From NCBI RefSeq assembly GCF_056746865.1, contig NZ_CM163382.1: a DNA stretch of 64,000 nt. One strand, 5' to 3'. This document shows, one piece after another, positions 1 to 11,769 of the stretch. The notes beneath the pieces are model-generated. The model worked only from the letters and a program-made list of their open reading frames with translations, was not told the DNA's origin and did not search any database. Each line of letters starts with the position of its first letter. Position 1 is the stretch's first letter. Both the position numbers and the translations under genes were made by a program.

Positions 1-1050
1 ATCACTCTGCCACCGCATCTCGATACCGGAAGCAGCAACTTCGCACTGCACACCTTCCGCGGCGCGGCGTATTCCACGCCTGACGAGAAGTACGAGAAAT
101 ACAAGTTCGATACCATTGCCGATAACGAAAACCTGAACATCTCTTCGAAAGGTGGTTGGGTGGCAATGCTGCAACAGTATTTCGCGACGGCGTGGATCCC
201 GCATAACGACGGTACCAATAACTTCTATACCGCTAATCTGGGTAACGGCATCGCCGCTATCGGCTACAAGTCTCAGCCGGTACTGGTTCAGCCTGGTCAG
301 ACTGGCGCGATGAACAGCACCCTGTGGGTTGGCCCGGAAATCCAGGACAAAATGGCAGCTGTTGCTCCGCACCTGGATCTGACCGTTGATTACGGTTGGT
401 TGTGGTTCATCTCTCAGCCGCTGTTCAAACTGCTGAAATGGATCCATAGCTTTGTGGGTAACTGGGGCTTCTCCATTATCATCATCACCTTTATCGTTCG
501 TGGCATCATGTACCCGCTGACCAAAGCGCAGTACACCTCCATGGCGAAGATGCGTATGCTGCAGCCGAAGATTCAGGCAATGCGTGAGCGTCTGGGCGAT
601 GACAAACAGCGTATCAGTCAGGAAATGATGGCGCTGTACAAAGCTGAGAAGGTTAACCCGCTGGGCGGCTGCTTCCCACTGCTGATCCAGATGCCAATCT
701 TCCTGGCGTTGTACTACATGCTGATGGGTTCCGTTGAACTGCGTCAGGCACCGTTTGCACTGTGGATCCACGACCTGTCTGCACAGGACCCGTACTACAT
801 CCTGCCGATCCTGATGGGCGTAACGATGTTCTTCATTCAGAAGATGTCGCCGACCACCGTGACCGACCCGATGCAGCAGAAGATCATGACCTTTATGCCG
901 GTCATCTTCACCGTGTTCTTCCTGTGGTTCCCGTCAGGTCTGGTGCTGTACTATATCGTCAGCAACCTGGTAACCATTATTCAGCAGCAGCTGATTTACC
1001 GTGGTCTGGAAAAACGTGGCCTGCATAGCCGCGAGAAGAAAAAATCCTGA
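1..1050 (+). CDS. yidC: Membrane protein insertase YidC, C-terminal portion (5' end lies outside the window)
   Basis: Frame 1 is open from base 1 ([10 protein letters not shown]...) and continues into the listed ORF 160..1050. The translation matches the remembered YidC C-terminus ending ...[10 protein letters not shown]. Confidence 0.93.
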
Positions 1051-1074
1051 TTCGGTGAGTTTTCGCTAAAATAA

Positions 1075-1100
1075 GGGCGGTCAGTTGACCGCCTTTTTTC
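1075..1100 (+). terminator. Rho-independent terminator downstream of yidC
   Basis: GC-rich hairpin gggcggtcagttgaccgcc followed by a T-run (ttttttctttt), 25 bp after the yidC stop. Confidence 0.7.
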
Positions 1101-1155
1101 TTTTCGTAGGGCGGATAAGCACCGCGCATCCGCCACACAAAGCAACAGGAACATC

Positions 1156-2520
1156 ATGAGCGATAATGACACTATCGTAGCCCAGGCCACGCCTCCGGGA
1201 CGTGGCGGCGTTGGCATCCTGCGCATCTCCGGCCTCAAAGCCCGTGAAGTTGCCGAAACCGTGCTGGGTAAACTGCCTAAGCCGCGCTACGCCGATTATC
1301 TTCCGTTTAAAGACGCCGACGGCAGCGTGCTCGATCAGGGGATTGCGCTATGGTTCCCTGGCCCGAACTCGTTCACCGGCGAAGATGTGCTTGAACTGCA
1401 GGGTCATGGCGGTCCGGTGATCCTCGACCTGCTGTTAAAACGCATTCTGACCATTCCCGACCTGCGGATTGCCCGCCCTGGTGAGTTTTCCGAACGCGCG
1501 TTTCTTAACGATAAACTCGACTTAGCCCAGGCCGAGGCGATTGCGGATCTTATCGACGCCAGTTCGGAACAGGCGGCCCGTTCGGCACTTAACTCGCTGC
1601 AAGGCGCATTCTCCGCACGGGTCAACCATCTGGTGGAAGCCCTCACCCACTTGCGCATTTACGTCGAAGCGGCAATTGATTTCCCTGATGAAGAGATCGA
1701 TTTCCTCTCCGACGGCAAAATTGAAGCCCAGCTCAATGACGTGATTGCCGATCTTGATGCAGTGCGTGCTGAAGCACGTCAGGGTAGTTTGTTGCGCGAA
1801 GGGATGAAGGTGGTGATTGCCGGACGTCCTAACGCCGGTAAATCGAGCCTGTTAAACGCGCTGGCGGGCCGTGAAGCGGCAATCGTAACCGATATCGCCG
1901 GAACCACGCGTGACGTGCTGCGTGAGCATATCCACATTGACGGAATGCCGCTGCATATCATCGATACCGCCGGGCTACGTGAAGCCAGTGACGAAGTGGA
2001 ACGTATTGGTATCGAGCGCGCGTGGCAGGAAATTGAACAGGCCGACCGCGTGCTGTTTATGGTCGATGGCACCACGACAGACGCCGTTGATCCGGCAGAG
2101 ATCTGGCCGGAATTTATCGCCCGTCTGCCCGCCAAACTGCCGATCACCGTGGTACGCAATAAAGCCGATATAACCGGCGAAACGCTGGGAATGAGTGAAG
2201 TGAACGGCCATGCGTTGATTCGTCTCTCGGCAAGGACTGGCGAAGGCGTGGACGTGCTGCGTAACCATCTCAAACAGAGCATGGGCTTTGACACCAATAT
2301 GGAAGGCGGCTTCCTGGCGCGCCGTCGCCACTTACAGGCGCTGGAACAAGCGGCGGAACATCTACAACAGGGCAAAGCGCAACTGTTGGGAGCATGGGCG
2401 GGCGAACTGCTGGCGGAAGAGTTGCGCCTGGCGCAGCAGAACTTAAGCGAAATCACCGGGGAATTTACTTCAGACGACCTGCTTGGGCGGATTTTCTCCA
2501 GCTTCTGTATTGGTAAGTAA
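1156..2520 (+). CDS. mnmE: tRNA modification GTPase MnmE (TrmE)
   Basis: 454-aa ORF with G1 motif [20 protein letters not shown] and the C-terminal CIGK motif typical of MnmE. Position after yidC matches K-12 order. Confidence 0.95.
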   Translation: MSDNDTIVAQATPPGRGGVGILRISGLKAREVAETVLGKLPKPRYADYLPFKDADGSVLDQGIALWFPGPNSFTGEDVLELQGHGGPVILDLLLKRILTIPDLRIARPGEFSERAFLNDKLDLAQAEAIADLIDASSEQAARSALNSLQGAFSARVNHLVEALTHLRIYVEAAIDFPDEEIDFLSDGKIEAQLNDVIADLDAVRAEARQGSLLREGMKVVIAGRPNAGKSSLLNALAGREAAIVTDIAGTTRDVLREHIHIDGMPLHIIDTAGLREASDEVERIGIERAWQEIEQADRVLFMVDGTTTDAVDPAEIWPEFIARLPAKLPITVVRNKADITGETLGMSEVNGHALIRLSARTGEGVDVLRNHLKQSMGFDTNMEGGFLARRRHLQALEQAAEHLQQGKAQLLGAWAGELLAEELRLAQQNLSEITGEFTSDDLLGRIFSSFCIGK

Positions 2521-2761
2521 CTGCGCTTACGAAGCCGTATTCTGACTGTCAGATGCGGCTTCGCTTCATTGTTAGCACTCCTGTTATGCCTCACCCCTTT
2601 TTTAAACATTAAAATTCTTACGTAATTTATAATCTTAAAAAAAAACATTTAATATTGCTCCCCGAACGATTGTGATTCGATTCACATTTAAACAATTTCA
2701 GAATAGACAAAAATTCTGAGTGTAATAATGTAGCCTCGTGTCTTTCGAGGATAAGTGCATT

Positions 2762-2836
2762 ATGAATATCTTACATATATGTGTGACCTCAAAATGGTTC
2801 AATATTGACAATAAGATTGTCGATCATCGCCCTTGA
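2762..2836 (+). CDS. tnaC: Tryptophanase operon leader peptide TnaC (24 aa; not in the ORF track)
   Basis: atgaatatcttacatatatgtgtgacctcaaaatggttcaatattgacaataagattgtcgatcatcgcccttga translates to MNILHICVTSKWFNIDNKIVDHRP*, the known TnaC sequence with Trp12 and the Pro24-stop stalling motif, about 220 bp upstream of tnaA. Confidence 0.9.
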   Translation: MNILHICVTSKWFNIDNKIVDHRP

Positions 2837-3041
2837 TTTGCCCTTCTGTAGCCATCACCAGAGCCAAACCGATTAGATTCAATGTGATCTATTTGTTTGC
2901 TATATCTTAATTTTGCCTTTTGCAAAGGCCATCTCTCGTTTATTTACTTGTTTTAGTAAATGATGGTACTTACATATATATCTGGCGAATTAATCGGTAT
3001 AGCAGATGTAATATTCACAGGGATCACTGTAATTAAAATAA
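2837..3041 (+). promoter_or_regulatory. tnaC-tnaA spacer: Rho-dependent attenuation region of the tna operon
   Basis: Untranslated spacer between the tnaC stop and tnaA start. In E. coli this spacer carries the Rho utilisation sites controlled by TnaC-mediated ribosome stalling (established knowledge). Individual rut/boxA elements were not mapped. Confidence 0.6.
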
Positions 3042-3056
3042 ATGAAGGATTATGTA

Positions 3057-4472
3057 ATGGAAAACTTTAAACATCTCCCTGAACCGTTCCGGATTCGTGT
3101 TATTGAGCCAGTAAAACGTACCACTCGCGCTTATCGTGAAGAGGCAATTATTAAATCCGGTATGAACCCGTTCCTGCTGGATAGCGAAGATGTGTTTATC
3201 GATTTACTGACCGACAGCGGCACCGGGGCGGTGACGCAGAGCATGCAGGCCGCGATGATGCGCGGCGACGAAGCTTACAGCGGCAGCCGCAGCTACTATG
3301 CGTTAGCCGAGTCAGTAAAAAATATCTTTGGTTATCAATACACTATTCCGACTCACCAGGGCCGTGGTGCAGAACAAATCTATATTCCGGTACTGATTAA
3401 AAAACGCGAGCAGGAAAAAGGCCTGGATCGCAGCAAAATGGTGGCGTTCTCAAACTATTTCTTTGATACCACGCAGGGCCATAGCCAGATTAACGGCTGT
3501 ACCGTGCGTAACGTCTATATCAAAGAAGCCTTCGATACGGGCGTGCGTTACGACTTTAAAGGCAACTTTGACCTCGAAGGATTAGAGCGCGGCATTGAAG
3601 AAGTTGGCCCGAATAACGTGCCGTATATCGTTGCAACCATCACCAGTAACTCCGCAGGCGGTCAGCCGGTTTCACTGGCAAACTTAAAAGCGATGTACAG
3701 CATCGCGAAGAAATACGATATTCCGGTGGTAATGGACTCCGCACGCTTTGCTGAAAACGCCTATTTCATCAAGCAGCGTGAAGCAGAATATAAAGACTGG
3801 ACCATCGAGCAGATCACCCGCGAAACCTACAAATATGCCGATATGCTGGCGATGTCCGCCAAGAAAGATGCGATGGTGCCGATGGGCGGCTTGCTGTGCA
3901 TGAAAGACGACAGCTTCTTTGATGTGTACACCGAATGCAGAACCCTTTGTGTGGTGCAGGAAGGCTTCCCGACATATGGTGGTCTGGAAGGCGGCGCGAT
4001 GGAGCGTCTGGCGGTAGGTCTGTATGACGGCATGAATCTGGACTGGCTGGCTTATCGTATCGCGCAGGTGCAGTATCTGGTCGATGGTCTGGAAGAGATT
4101 GGCGTTGTCTGCCAGCAGGCGGGCGGTCACGCGGCATTCGTTGATGCCGGTAAACTGCTGCCGCATATCCCGGCAGACCAGTTCCCGGCACAGGCGCTGG
4201 CCTGCGAGCTGTATAAAGTCGCCGGTATCCGTGCGGTAGAAATTGGCTCTTTCCTGTTAGGCCGCGATCCGAAAACCGGTAAACAACTGCCATGCCCGGC
4301 TGAACTGCTGCGTTTAACCATTCCGCGTGCAACATATACTCAAACACATATGGACTTCATTATTGAAGCCTTTAAACATGTGAAAGAGAACGCGGCGAAT
4401 ATTAAAGGGTTAACCTTTACCTACGAACCGAAAGTATTGCGTCACTTCACCGCAAAACTGAAAGAAGTTTAA
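3057..4472 (+). CDS. tnaA: Tryptophanase (tryptophan indole-lyase)
   Basis: Translation from the ATG at about 3057 ([26 protein letters not shown]...) matches remembered K-12 TnaA through ...FTAKLKEV. The track ORF starts 15 nt earlier at 3042 (MKDYV), which is probably not the native start. Confidence 0.95.
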
Positions 4473-4562
4473 TTAATACTACAGAGTGGCTATAAGGATG
4501 TTAGCCACTCTCTTACCCTACATCCTCAATAACAAAAATAGCCTTCCTCTAAAGGTGGCATC

Positions 4563-5810
4563 ATGACTGATCAAGCTGAAAAAAAACACTCTGCATTTTG
4601 GGGTGTTATGGTTATAGCAGGTACAGTAATTGGTGGAGGTATGTTTGCTTTACCTGTTGATCTTGCCGGTGCCTGGTTTTTCTGGGGTGCCTTTATCCTT
4701 ATCATTGCCTGGTTTTCAATGCTTCATTCCGGGTTGTTGTTATTAGAAGCAAATTTAAATTATCCCGTCGGCTCCAGTTTTAACACCATCACCAAAGATT
4801 TAATCGGTAACACCTGGAACATTATCAGCGGTATTACCGTTGCCTTCGTTCTCTATATCCTCACTTATGCCTATATCTCTGCTAATGGTGCGATCATTAG
4901 TGAAACGATATCAATGAATTTGGGTTATCACGCTAATCCACGTATTGTCGGGATCTGCACAGCCATTTTCGTTGCCAGCGTATTGTGGATAAGCTCGTTA
5001 GCCGCCAGTCGTATTACCTCGTTGTTCCTCGGGTTGAAGATTATCTCCTTTGTGATCGTGTTTGGTTCTTTCTTCTTCCAGGTCGATTATTCCATTCTGC
5101 GCGATGCCACCAGCACCACTGCGGGAACGTCTTACTCCCCGTATATCTTTATGGCTTTGCCGGTGTGTCTGGCGTCATTTGGTTTCCACGGCAATATTCC
5201 CAGCCTGATTATTTGCTATGGCAAACGCAAAGATAAGTTAATCAAAAGCGTGGTATTTGGTTCGCTGCTGGCGCTGGTGATTTATCTCTTCTGGCTCTAT
5301 TGCACGATGGGGAATATCCCGCGAGAAAGCTTTAAGGCGATAATCTCCTCAGGCGGCAACGTTGATTCGCTGGTCAAATCGTTCCTCGGCACCAAACAGC
5401 ACGGCATTATCGAGTTTTGCCTGCTGGTGTTCTCCAACTTAGCTGTTGCCAGTTCCTTCTTTGGTGTCACGCTGGGGTTGTTCGATTATCTGGCGGATCT
5501 GTTTAAGATTGATAACTCCCACGGCGGGCGTTTCAAAACCGTGCTGTTAACCTTCCTGCCACCTGCGTTGTTGTATCTGATCTTCCCGAACGGCTTCATT
5601 TACGGGATCGGCGGTGCCGGACTGTGTGCCACCATCTGGGCGGTCATTATCCCCGCGGTGCTGGCAATCAAAGCTCGCAAGAAGTTTCCCAATCAGATGT
5701 TCACGGTCTGGGGCGGCAATCTTATTCCGGCGATTGTCATTCTCTTTGGTATAACCGTAATTTTATGCTGGTTCGGTAACGTCTTTAACGTGTTACCTAA
5801 ATTTGGCTGA
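4563..5810 (+). CDS. tnaB: Low-affinity tryptophan permease
   Basis: 415-aa polytopic membrane protein (MTDQAEKKHSAFWGVMVIAGTVIGGGMFALP...) directly downstream of tnaA. Matches TnaB. Confidence 0.93.
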   Translation: MTDQAEKKHSAFWGVMVIAGTVIGGGMFALPVDLAGAWFFWGAFILIIAWFSMLHSGLLLLEANLNYPVGSSFNTITKDLIGNTWNIISGITVAFVLYILTYAYISANGAIISETISMNLGYHANPRIVGICTAIFVASVLWISSLAASRITSLFLGLKIISFVIVFGSFFFQVDYSILRDATSTTAGTSYSPYIFMALPVCLASFGFHGNIPSLIICYGKRKDKLIKSVVFGSLLALVIYLFWLYCTMGNIPRESFKAIISSGGNVDSLVKSFLGTKQHGIIEFCLLVFSNLAVASSFFGVTLGLFDYLADLFKIDNSHGGRFKTVLLTFLPPALLYLIFPNGFIYGIGGAGLCATIWAVIIPAVLAIKARKKFPNQMFTVWGGNLIPAIVILFGITVILCWFGNVFNVLPKFG

Positions 5811-5942
5811 TCCCTTCAAGAAGCCAGCCATTTCGCTGGCTTATTGCCTGTCAGGAAATCACTTATGTCCAAATGGCAACTCGCCTGATTCTCCTTCACC
5901 ACGTATGCTTTGCGTCACCTTACTATCAGGACGCTTTAGCCC

Positions 5943-7118
5943 ATGTCCCGCTTTTTGATTTGTAGTTTTGCCCTGGTTTTACTTTATCCCGCCGGGATTG
6001 ATATGTACCTCGTTGGTTTACCGCGCATCGCCGCCGATCTCAATGCCAGCGAAGCGCAGTTGCATATTGCGTTCTCCGTTTATCTGGCGGGCATGGCAGC
6101 TGCGATGTTATTTGCCGGTAAAGTGGCCGATCGTTCAGGGAGAAAGCCTGTCGCCATACCCGGCGCGGCGCTATTTATTATCGCCTCGGTGTTCTGTTCA
6201 CTGGCTGAAACCAGCACGTTATTTCTTGCAGGGCGCTTTCTACAGGGGCTGGGCGCGGGCTGTTGTTACGTGGTTGCGTTCGCCATTTTACGCGACACAC
6301 TGGATGATCGACGTCGGGCTAAAGTGCTGTCGTTACTCAACGGCATTACCTGCATCATTCCGGTGTTAGCGCCAGTGCTCGGACACCTGATTATGCTTAA
6401 ATTCCCGTGGCAGAGTCTGTTCTGGACGATGGCAACGATGGGCATCGCGGTACTGATGTTGTCTTTGTTTATTTTAAAAGAAACGCGCCCTGCGGCCCCC
6501 ACAAATTCGGACAAACCACGAGAAAATAGCGAGTCGCTGCTTAACCGGTTTTTCCTCAGCCGTGTTGTTATCACCACCCTCAGCGTTTCGGTGATCCTCA
6601 CCTTCGTCAACACGTCGCCGGTATTGCTGATGGAAATCATGGGTTTTGAGCGCGGAGAATACGCCACCATTATGGCGTTGACCGCTGGCGTCAGCATGAC
6701 CGTTTCATTCTCCACGCCATTTGCGCTGGGAATTTTTAAGCCACGTACGTTGATGATCACCTCGCAGGTATTATTCCTGGCGGCGGGCATCACCCTTGCC
6801 GTTTCACCTTCCCATGCGGTTTCTCTGTTTGGTATCACGCTGATTTGCGCCGGTTTCTCGGTAGGTTTTGGCGTAGCGATGAGTCAGGCGTTAGGGCCGT
6901 TTTCATTACGCGCGGGCGTAGCCAGCTCGACCTTAGGTATTGCGCAGGTTTGCGGTTCGTCACTGTGGATTTGGCTGGCAGCGGTGGTTGGTATCGGCGC
7001 ATGGAATATGCTGATCGGGATTCTGATTGCCTGTAGCATAGTGAGCCTGTTGCTGATTATGTTCGTCGCGCCTGGACGCCCGGTTGCCGCTCATGAAGAA
7101 ATCCATCACCACGCTTGA
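5943..7118 (+). CDS. mdtL: MFS multidrug efflux transporter MdtL
   Basis: 391-aa 12-TM MFS protein ([33 protein letters not shown]...). Position and sequence match K-12 MdtL. Confidence 0.9.
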   Translation: MSRFLICSFALVLLYPAGIDMYLVGLPRIAADLNASEAQLHIAFSVYLAGMAAAMLFAGKVADRSGRKPVAIPGAALFIIASVFCSLAETSTLFLAGRFLQGLGAGCCYVVAFAILRDTLDDRRRAKVLSLLNGITCIIPVLAPVLGHLIMLKFPWQSLFWTMATMGIAVLMLSLFILKETRPAAPTNSDKPRENSESLLNRFFLSRVVITTLSVSVILTFVNTSPVLLMEIMGFERGEYATIMALTAGVSMTVSFSTPFALGIFKPRTLMITSQVLFLAAGITLAVSPSHAVSLFGITLICAGFSVGFGVAMSQALGPFSLRAGVASSTLGIAQVCGSSLWIWLAAVVGIGAWNMLIGILIACSIVSLLLIMFVAPGRPVAAHEEIHHHA

Positions 7119-8052
7119 TCTCAATCTGCTGCTCTGTCTGCAACTGCTGATGCAGGAGCGCAGCGTGACCAAAGCGGCGAAGCGGATGAACGTGACCCCT
7201 TCGGCGGTGAGTAAGTCGCTGGCAAAGTTAAGAGCGTGGTTTGACGACCCGCTCTTTGTGAACTCACCGCTGGGGCTGTCGCCCACACCGCTAATGGTCA
7301 GCATGGAGCAAAATCTGGCGGAGTGGATGCAAATGAGCAACCTGCTGCTGGATAAACCGCATCACCAAACACCGCGCGGCCTGAAGTTTGAGCTGGCGGC
7401 GGAATCGCCGCTGATGATGATCATGCTTAATGCGCTGTCGAAACGGATCTACCAACGTTACCCGCAGGCGACCATCAAATTACGTAACTGGGATTACGAT
7501 TCCTTAGATGCCATTACTCGTGGTGAAGTGGATATTGGTTTTTCCGGTCGCGAAAGTCATCCCCGTTCGCGGGAGCTGTTAAGCTCGCTACCGTTAGCCA
7601 TTGATTATGAAGTGCTGTTTAGTGATGTGCCCTGCGTCTGGTTACGCAAAGATCATCCGGCACTGCATGAAACGTGGAATCTGGACACCTTTTTACGTTA
7701 TCCGCATATCAGCATTTGCTGGGAACAGAGCGATACCTGGGCGCTGGACAATGTGTTACAGGAGCTGGGGCGCGAACGTACGATTGCAATGAGCCTGCCG
7801 GAATTCGAGCAGTCACTGTTTATGGCAGCACAGCCCGACAATCTGCTACTGGCGACCGCACCGCGCTACTGTCAGTACTACAATCAACTCCACCAACTGC
7901 CGTTGGTTGCTCTTCCTCTCCCGTTTGACGAAAGCCAGCAAAAAAAGCTGGAAGTCCCTTTTACCCTGCTGTGGCATAAACGGAACAGCCATAATCCGAA
8001 GATCGTCTGGTTACGGGAAACCATTAAACATCTTTACGCGTCGATGGCATAA
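7093..8052 (+). CDS. yidZ: LysR-family transcriptional regulator YidZ
   Basis: N-terminal helix-turn-helix ([43 protein letters not shown]) and LysR-like substrate domain. Start set at the MKKS methionine; the track ORF begins 9 nt earlier at 7084 and overlaps the mdtL 3' end. Confidence 0.85.
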   Translation: MKKSITTLDLNLLLCLQLLMQERSVTKAAKRMNVTPSAVSKSLAKLRAWFDDPLFVNSPLGLSPTPLMVSMEQNLAEWMQMSNLLLDKPHHQTPRGLKFELAAESPLMMIMLNALSKRIYQRYPQATIKLRNWDYDSLDAITRGEVDIGFSGRESHPRSRELLSSLPLAIDYEVLFSDVPCVWLRKDHPALHETWNLDTFLRYPHISICWEQSDTWALDNVLQELGRERTIAMSLPEFEQSLFMAAQPDNLLLATAPRYCQYYNQLHQLPLVALPLPFDESQQKKLEVPFTLLWHKRNSHNPKIVWLRETIKHLYASMA

Positions 8053-8196
8053 CCGAATCGTATGAAACGCGACCCAATTTCACAATAAAATGTAAAAAAG
8101 TTGTAATAAGCTTGTCTGAATCGAACTTTTAGCCGCTTTAGTCTGTCCATCATTCCAGTAAATGATTACTCTTGTATTCATAATGGACCATTAAGC

Positions 8197-8958
8197 ATGG
8201 AGCGAAAAATGGCGACTCACTTTGCCCGAGGGATTTTAACGGAAGGACATCTGATTTCTGTTCGTCTCCCCTCCCATTGTCATCAAGAAGCCCGAAACAT
8301 TCCCCCTCATCGTCAAAGCCGTTTTCTGGCGTCCAGAGGTTTACTCGCAGAACTGATGTTCATGCTGTATGGCATTGGCGAATTGCCGGAAATCGTCACC
8401 CTGCCGAAAGGTAAACCGGTTTTCAGCGATAAAAATTTGCCTTCGTTTTCTATTTCCTATGCCGGGAATATGGTTGGCGTGGCGTTAACAACCGAAGGTG
8501 AATGTGGCCTCGATATGGAACTACAGCGTGCGACGCGCGGGTTTCATAGCCCACACGCGCCCGATAACCACACCTTTTCCAGCAATGAATCGCTATGGAT
8601 CAGTAAACAAAATGATCCAAACGAAGCGCGGGCGCAGCTCATCACGCTGCGCCGAAGCGTGCTAAAACTAACCGGTGATGTTTTGAATGACGATCCGCGC
8701 GATCTGCAGCTGCTGCCCATTGCCGGACGCCTGAAATGTGCTCATGTAAATCATGTAGAAGCGTTATGCGACGCGGAGGACGTGCTGGTGTGGTCCGTGG
8801 CGGTCACGCCCACGATTGAAAAGCTCAGTGTCTGGGAGTTAGATGGCAAACACGGCTGGAAAAGCCTGCCCGATATTCACAGCCGCGCCAACAATCCTAC
8901 CAGCCGGATGATGCGTTTTGCCCAGCTCTCTACCGTGAAGGCTTTTTCGCCAAATTGA
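8197..8958 (+). CDS. yieE: YieE, putative 4'-phosphopantetheinyl transferase family protein
   Basis: 253-aa ORF between yidZ and chrR, matching the remembered K-12 order. The function call rests on memory of the K-12 annotation, not on motifs I verified. Confidence 0.75.
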   Translation: MERKMATHFARGILTEGHLISVRLPSHCHQEARNIPPHRQSRFLASRGLLAELMFMLYGIGELPEIVTLPKGKPVFSDKNLPSFSISYAGNMVGVALTTEGECGLDMELQRATRGFHSPHAPDNHTFSSNESLWISKQNDPNEARAQLITLRRSVLKLTGDVLNDDPRDLQLLPIAGRLKCAHVNHVEALCDAEDVLVWSVAVTPTIEKLSVWELDGKHGWKSLPDIHSRANNPTSRMMRFAQLSTVKAFSPN

Positions 8959-8979
8959 TAGACAACCACAGGAGTCATC

Positions 8980-9546
8980 ATGTCTGAAAAATTGCAGGTG
9001 GTTACGTTACTGGGGAGCCTGCGCAAAGGCTCATTTAATGGCATGGTTGCACGTACCCTGCCGAAAATTGCTCCGGCGAGCATGGAAGTCAATGCGTTAC
9101 CTTCCATTGCCGACATTCCCTTGTATGACGCTGACGTACAGCAGGAAGAAGGTTTTCCAGCAACGGTTGAAGCTCTGGCGGAACAGATCCGTCAGGCTGA
9201 CGGTGTGGTGATCGTCACGCCGGAATATAACTACTCGGTACCGGGTGGGCTGAAAAATGCCATCGACTGGCTTTCCCGCCTGCCGGATCAACCTCTGGCC
9301 GGTAAACCGGTGTTGATTCAGACCAGCTCAATGGGCGTGATTGGCGGCGCGCGCTGTCAGTATCACCTGCGCCAGATTCTGGTTTTCCTCGATGCAATGG
9401 TGATGAACAAGCCGGAATTTATGGGCGGCGTGATTCAGAACAAAGTTGATCCGCAAACCGGAGAAGTGATTGATCAGGGTACGCTGGACCACCTGACCGG
9501 GCAATTAACCGCATTTGGTGAGTTTATTCAGCGAGTTAAGATCTAA
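8980..9546 (+). CDS. chrR: NAD(P)H-dependent FMN reductase / chromate reductase ChrR (YieF)
   Basis: 188-aa flavodoxin-like reductase (MSEKLQVVTLLGSLRKGSFNGMVARTL...). Sequence and position match K-12 YieF. Confidence 0.88.
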   Translation: MSEKLQVVTLLGSLRKGSFNGMVARTLPKIAPASMEVNALPSIADIPLYDADVQQEEGFPATVEALAEQIRQADGVVIVTPEYNYSVPGGLKNAIDWLSRLPDQPLAGKPVLIQTSSMGVIGGARCQYHLRQILVFLDAMVMNKPEFMGGVIQNKVDPQTGEVIDQGTLDHLTGQLTAFGEFIQRVKI

Positions 9547-9549
9547 ATA

Positions 9550-9584
9550 AAAAACCCGCCAGCAATCATGCATGGCGGGTTTTT
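9550..9584. terminator. Bidirectional rho-independent terminator between convergent chrR and adeP
   Basis: aaaaacccgccagcaatcatgcatggcgggttttt: GC stem flanked by an A-run and a T-run, lying between the chrR stop (9546) and adeP stop (9600). Confidence 0.75.
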
Positions 9585-9599
9585 AACGCGCTATCGATT

Positions 9600-10937
9600 T
9601 TAGTGAGCGTCGATAAACACAATCTTCAGGATAAACAGCAGCGCAACGATGATTACGCACGGGCTTAGATCACGCAGACGTCCGGTACCGATTTTCATCA
9701 CGCAGTAGGAGATAAAGCCCAGCGCAATACCTTCGGTAATCGAGAAGCTGAACGGCATCATCACAGCGGTAATAAACGCCGGAACAGATTCAGTAAGATC
9801 CTGCCAGTTCACGCGAGCAAGACTTGAGGTCATCAACACGCCAACGTAAATCAGCGCGCCAGCTGCGGCATATCCCGGCACCATTCCCGCCAGCGGCGAC
9901 AGGAAGATAACCAGCAGGAACAGCAGACCGACAACCACTGCCGTCAGACCGGTACGACCGCCAACGGAAACGCCGGAAGAGGACTCAATATACGCCGTAA
10001 CAGAAGAAGTCCCGATAAACGAACCGGTCACCGAAGAGATACTGTCGACATACAGCGCCTGCTTCATGCGCGGGAATTTACCTTTCTCATCCGCCAGACC
10101 TGCTTTATCGGTCACGCCAATCAGCGTACCGGAGGAGTCAAACAGGTTGACCAGCATGAAAGAGAAAATCACACCTGCCAGCCCGAGGTTAAACGACCCG
10201 GCTAAATCTACATGACCCACGACTGTCATTACGCTCGGCGGCGCAGAAACGATGCCATTGTAGTGGACATCACCCAACATCCAGCCCAGCAGCGTCGTCA
10301 CCACGATGGAAACCAGCACCGCCGCGTGAATGTTGCGCGAGGCCAGAATGGCGATGATGAAGAAGCCGAGGATCCCCAGCAGCACGCTGTGAGAAGTCAG
10401 ATTACCGATGCTCACCAGCGTTTCCGGGTTAGCGACAATCACACCTGCGTTTTTCAGCCCCATCATGCCAATAAACAGACCGATACCACTGGTGATGCCC
10501 ACACGTAGACTTACCGGAATGTTGGCTATCATCCAGTAGCGAACGCGGAATATCGTCAGTAACAGCAGACCAATCGCACCCCAGAAGATTGCGCCCATCC
10601 CGACTTGCCACGGCAAGCCCATCGCCTGTACAACGACAAAAGCGAAGAACGCATTCAGGCCCATTGCCGGTGCCAGCGCAACTGGCAGATTAGCAAACAG
10701 CCCCATCATAATACTGCCGAATGCAGCAATCAGACAGGTAGTAACGAAGACGGCGCTGGTATCCATGCCAGCAACGCCAAGAATTTGCGGGTTAACAAAA
10801 ACGATGTAAACCATCGTCAGGAAGGTGGTAAAACCGGCGATCACTTCGGTCCGTGCCGTCGTGCCATGTTCGCGCAGTTTAAACACGCGTTCCAGCATCC
10901 CCTGGCCAGAAGCCTGGGTTGTGTGTTGTTGACTCAT
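9600..10937 (-). CDS. adeP: Adenine permease AdeP (YieG), NCS2 family
   Basis: 445-aa polytopic transporter (MSQQHTTQASGQGMLERVFKLREHGTTARTEVIAGFTTFLTMVYIVFVNPQILG...) matching K-12 AdeP. Confidence 0.92.
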   Translation of the reverse strand: MSQQHTTQASGQGMLERVFKLREHGTTARTEVIAGFTTFLTMVYIVFVNPQILGVAGMDTSAVFVTTCLIAAFGSIMMGLFANLPVALAPAMGLNAFFAFVVVQAMGLPWQVGMGAIFWGAIGLLLLTIFRVRYWMIANIPVSLRVGITSGIGLFIGMMGLKNAGVIVANPETLVSIGNLTSHSVLLGILGFFIIAILASRNIHAAVLVSIVVTTLLGWMLGDVHYNGIVSAPPSVMTVVGHVDLAGSFNLGLAGVIFSFMLVNLFDSSGTLIGVTDKAGLADEKGKFPRMKQALYVDSISSVTGSFIGTSSVTAYIESSSGVSVGGRTGLTAVVVGLLFLLVIFLSPLAGMVPGYAAAGALIYVGVLMTSSLARVNWQDLTESVPAFITAVMMPFSFSITEGIALGFISYCVMKIGTGRLRDLSPCVIIVALLFILKIVFIDAH

Positions 10938-11103
10938 TATCTATTTCCGAACAAGGAGGGAAAATCCGTCGCTATCGTATACCAAAATGAGACAATATGG
11001 ACGGCTGAAGATAACTTTTTTTCATTGTATTTGCTTATACGGCAACGATTGCGTCATGCGATTTGGCATGACGAAAACGTTAAACTAACGATAAAGGAAA
11101 GAC

Positions 11104-11769
11104 ATGTCCCAGATAGAAGCGGTATTTTTCGACTGCGACGGTACGCTGGTCGATAGCGAGGTCATTTGCTCTCGCGCCTATGTCACGATGTTCAGGGAAT
11201 TTGGCATTCACGTTGAGCTGGAAGAGATTTTTACCCGTTTTAAAGGCGTAAAACTCTACGAAATCATCGACATCATCAGTAAAGAACAGGGCGTGACGAT
11301 GATCCAGGCCGATGCCGAGCACGTTTACCGCGCAGAAGTAGCTCGTCTGTTTGATACCGAACTTGAGGTCATCGCAGGAGCGAACGAATTGCTGGCGAGC
11401 ATTAACGTGCCGATGTGCGTTGTCTCTAATGGCCCGGTGAAAAAAATGCAGCATTCGCTCGGCAAACTCAACATGCTGCACTACTTCCCGGAAAAACTGT
11501 TCAGCGGTTACGACATTCAGCGTTGGAAGCCCGATCCGGCATTAATGTTCCATGCGGCAAAAGCGATGAATGTGAACGTTGAAAACTGCATTCTGGTCGA
11601 TGACTCCAGCGCCGGCGCGCAATCAGGGATAGATGCCGGAATGGAAGTGTTTTACTTCTGCGCTGACCCGCACAATAAACCGATCGTTCACCCGAAAGTC
11701 ACCACCTTTACCGAGCTGGCGCAGCTGCCTGCACTCTGGAAGGCACGCGGCTGGAAGATAACGCGATAA
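11104..11769 (+). CDS. yieH: HAD-superfamily phosphatase YieH
   Basis: 221-aa ORF with HAD motif I (FFDCDGTLVDSE) at the N-terminus. Matches K-12 YieH. Confidence 0.9.
   Translation: MSQIEAVFFDCDGTLVDSEVICSRAYVTMFREFGIHVELEEIFTRFKGVKLYEIIDIISKEQGVTMIQADAEHVYRAEVARLFDTELEVIAGANELLASINVPMCVVSNGPVKKMQHSLGKLNMLHYFPEKLFSGYDIQRWKPDPALMFHAAKAMNVNVENCILVDDSSAGAQSGIDAGMEVFYFCADPHNKPIVHPKVTTFTELAQLPALWKARGWKITR

Noticed and set aside
1779-2648. 289-aa minus-strand ORF antisense to mnmE
   Set aside because: It overlaps the conserved mnmE coding sequence and its translation is a low-complexity S/R-rich sequence typical of a spurious antisense frame.
10605-11156. 183-aa plus-strand ORF spanning the adeP 5' end and the adeP-yieH intergenic region
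   Set aside because: It overlaps the adeP N-terminal coding region in antisense and runs into the yieH start. It has no conserved features and would conflict with two well-supported genes.
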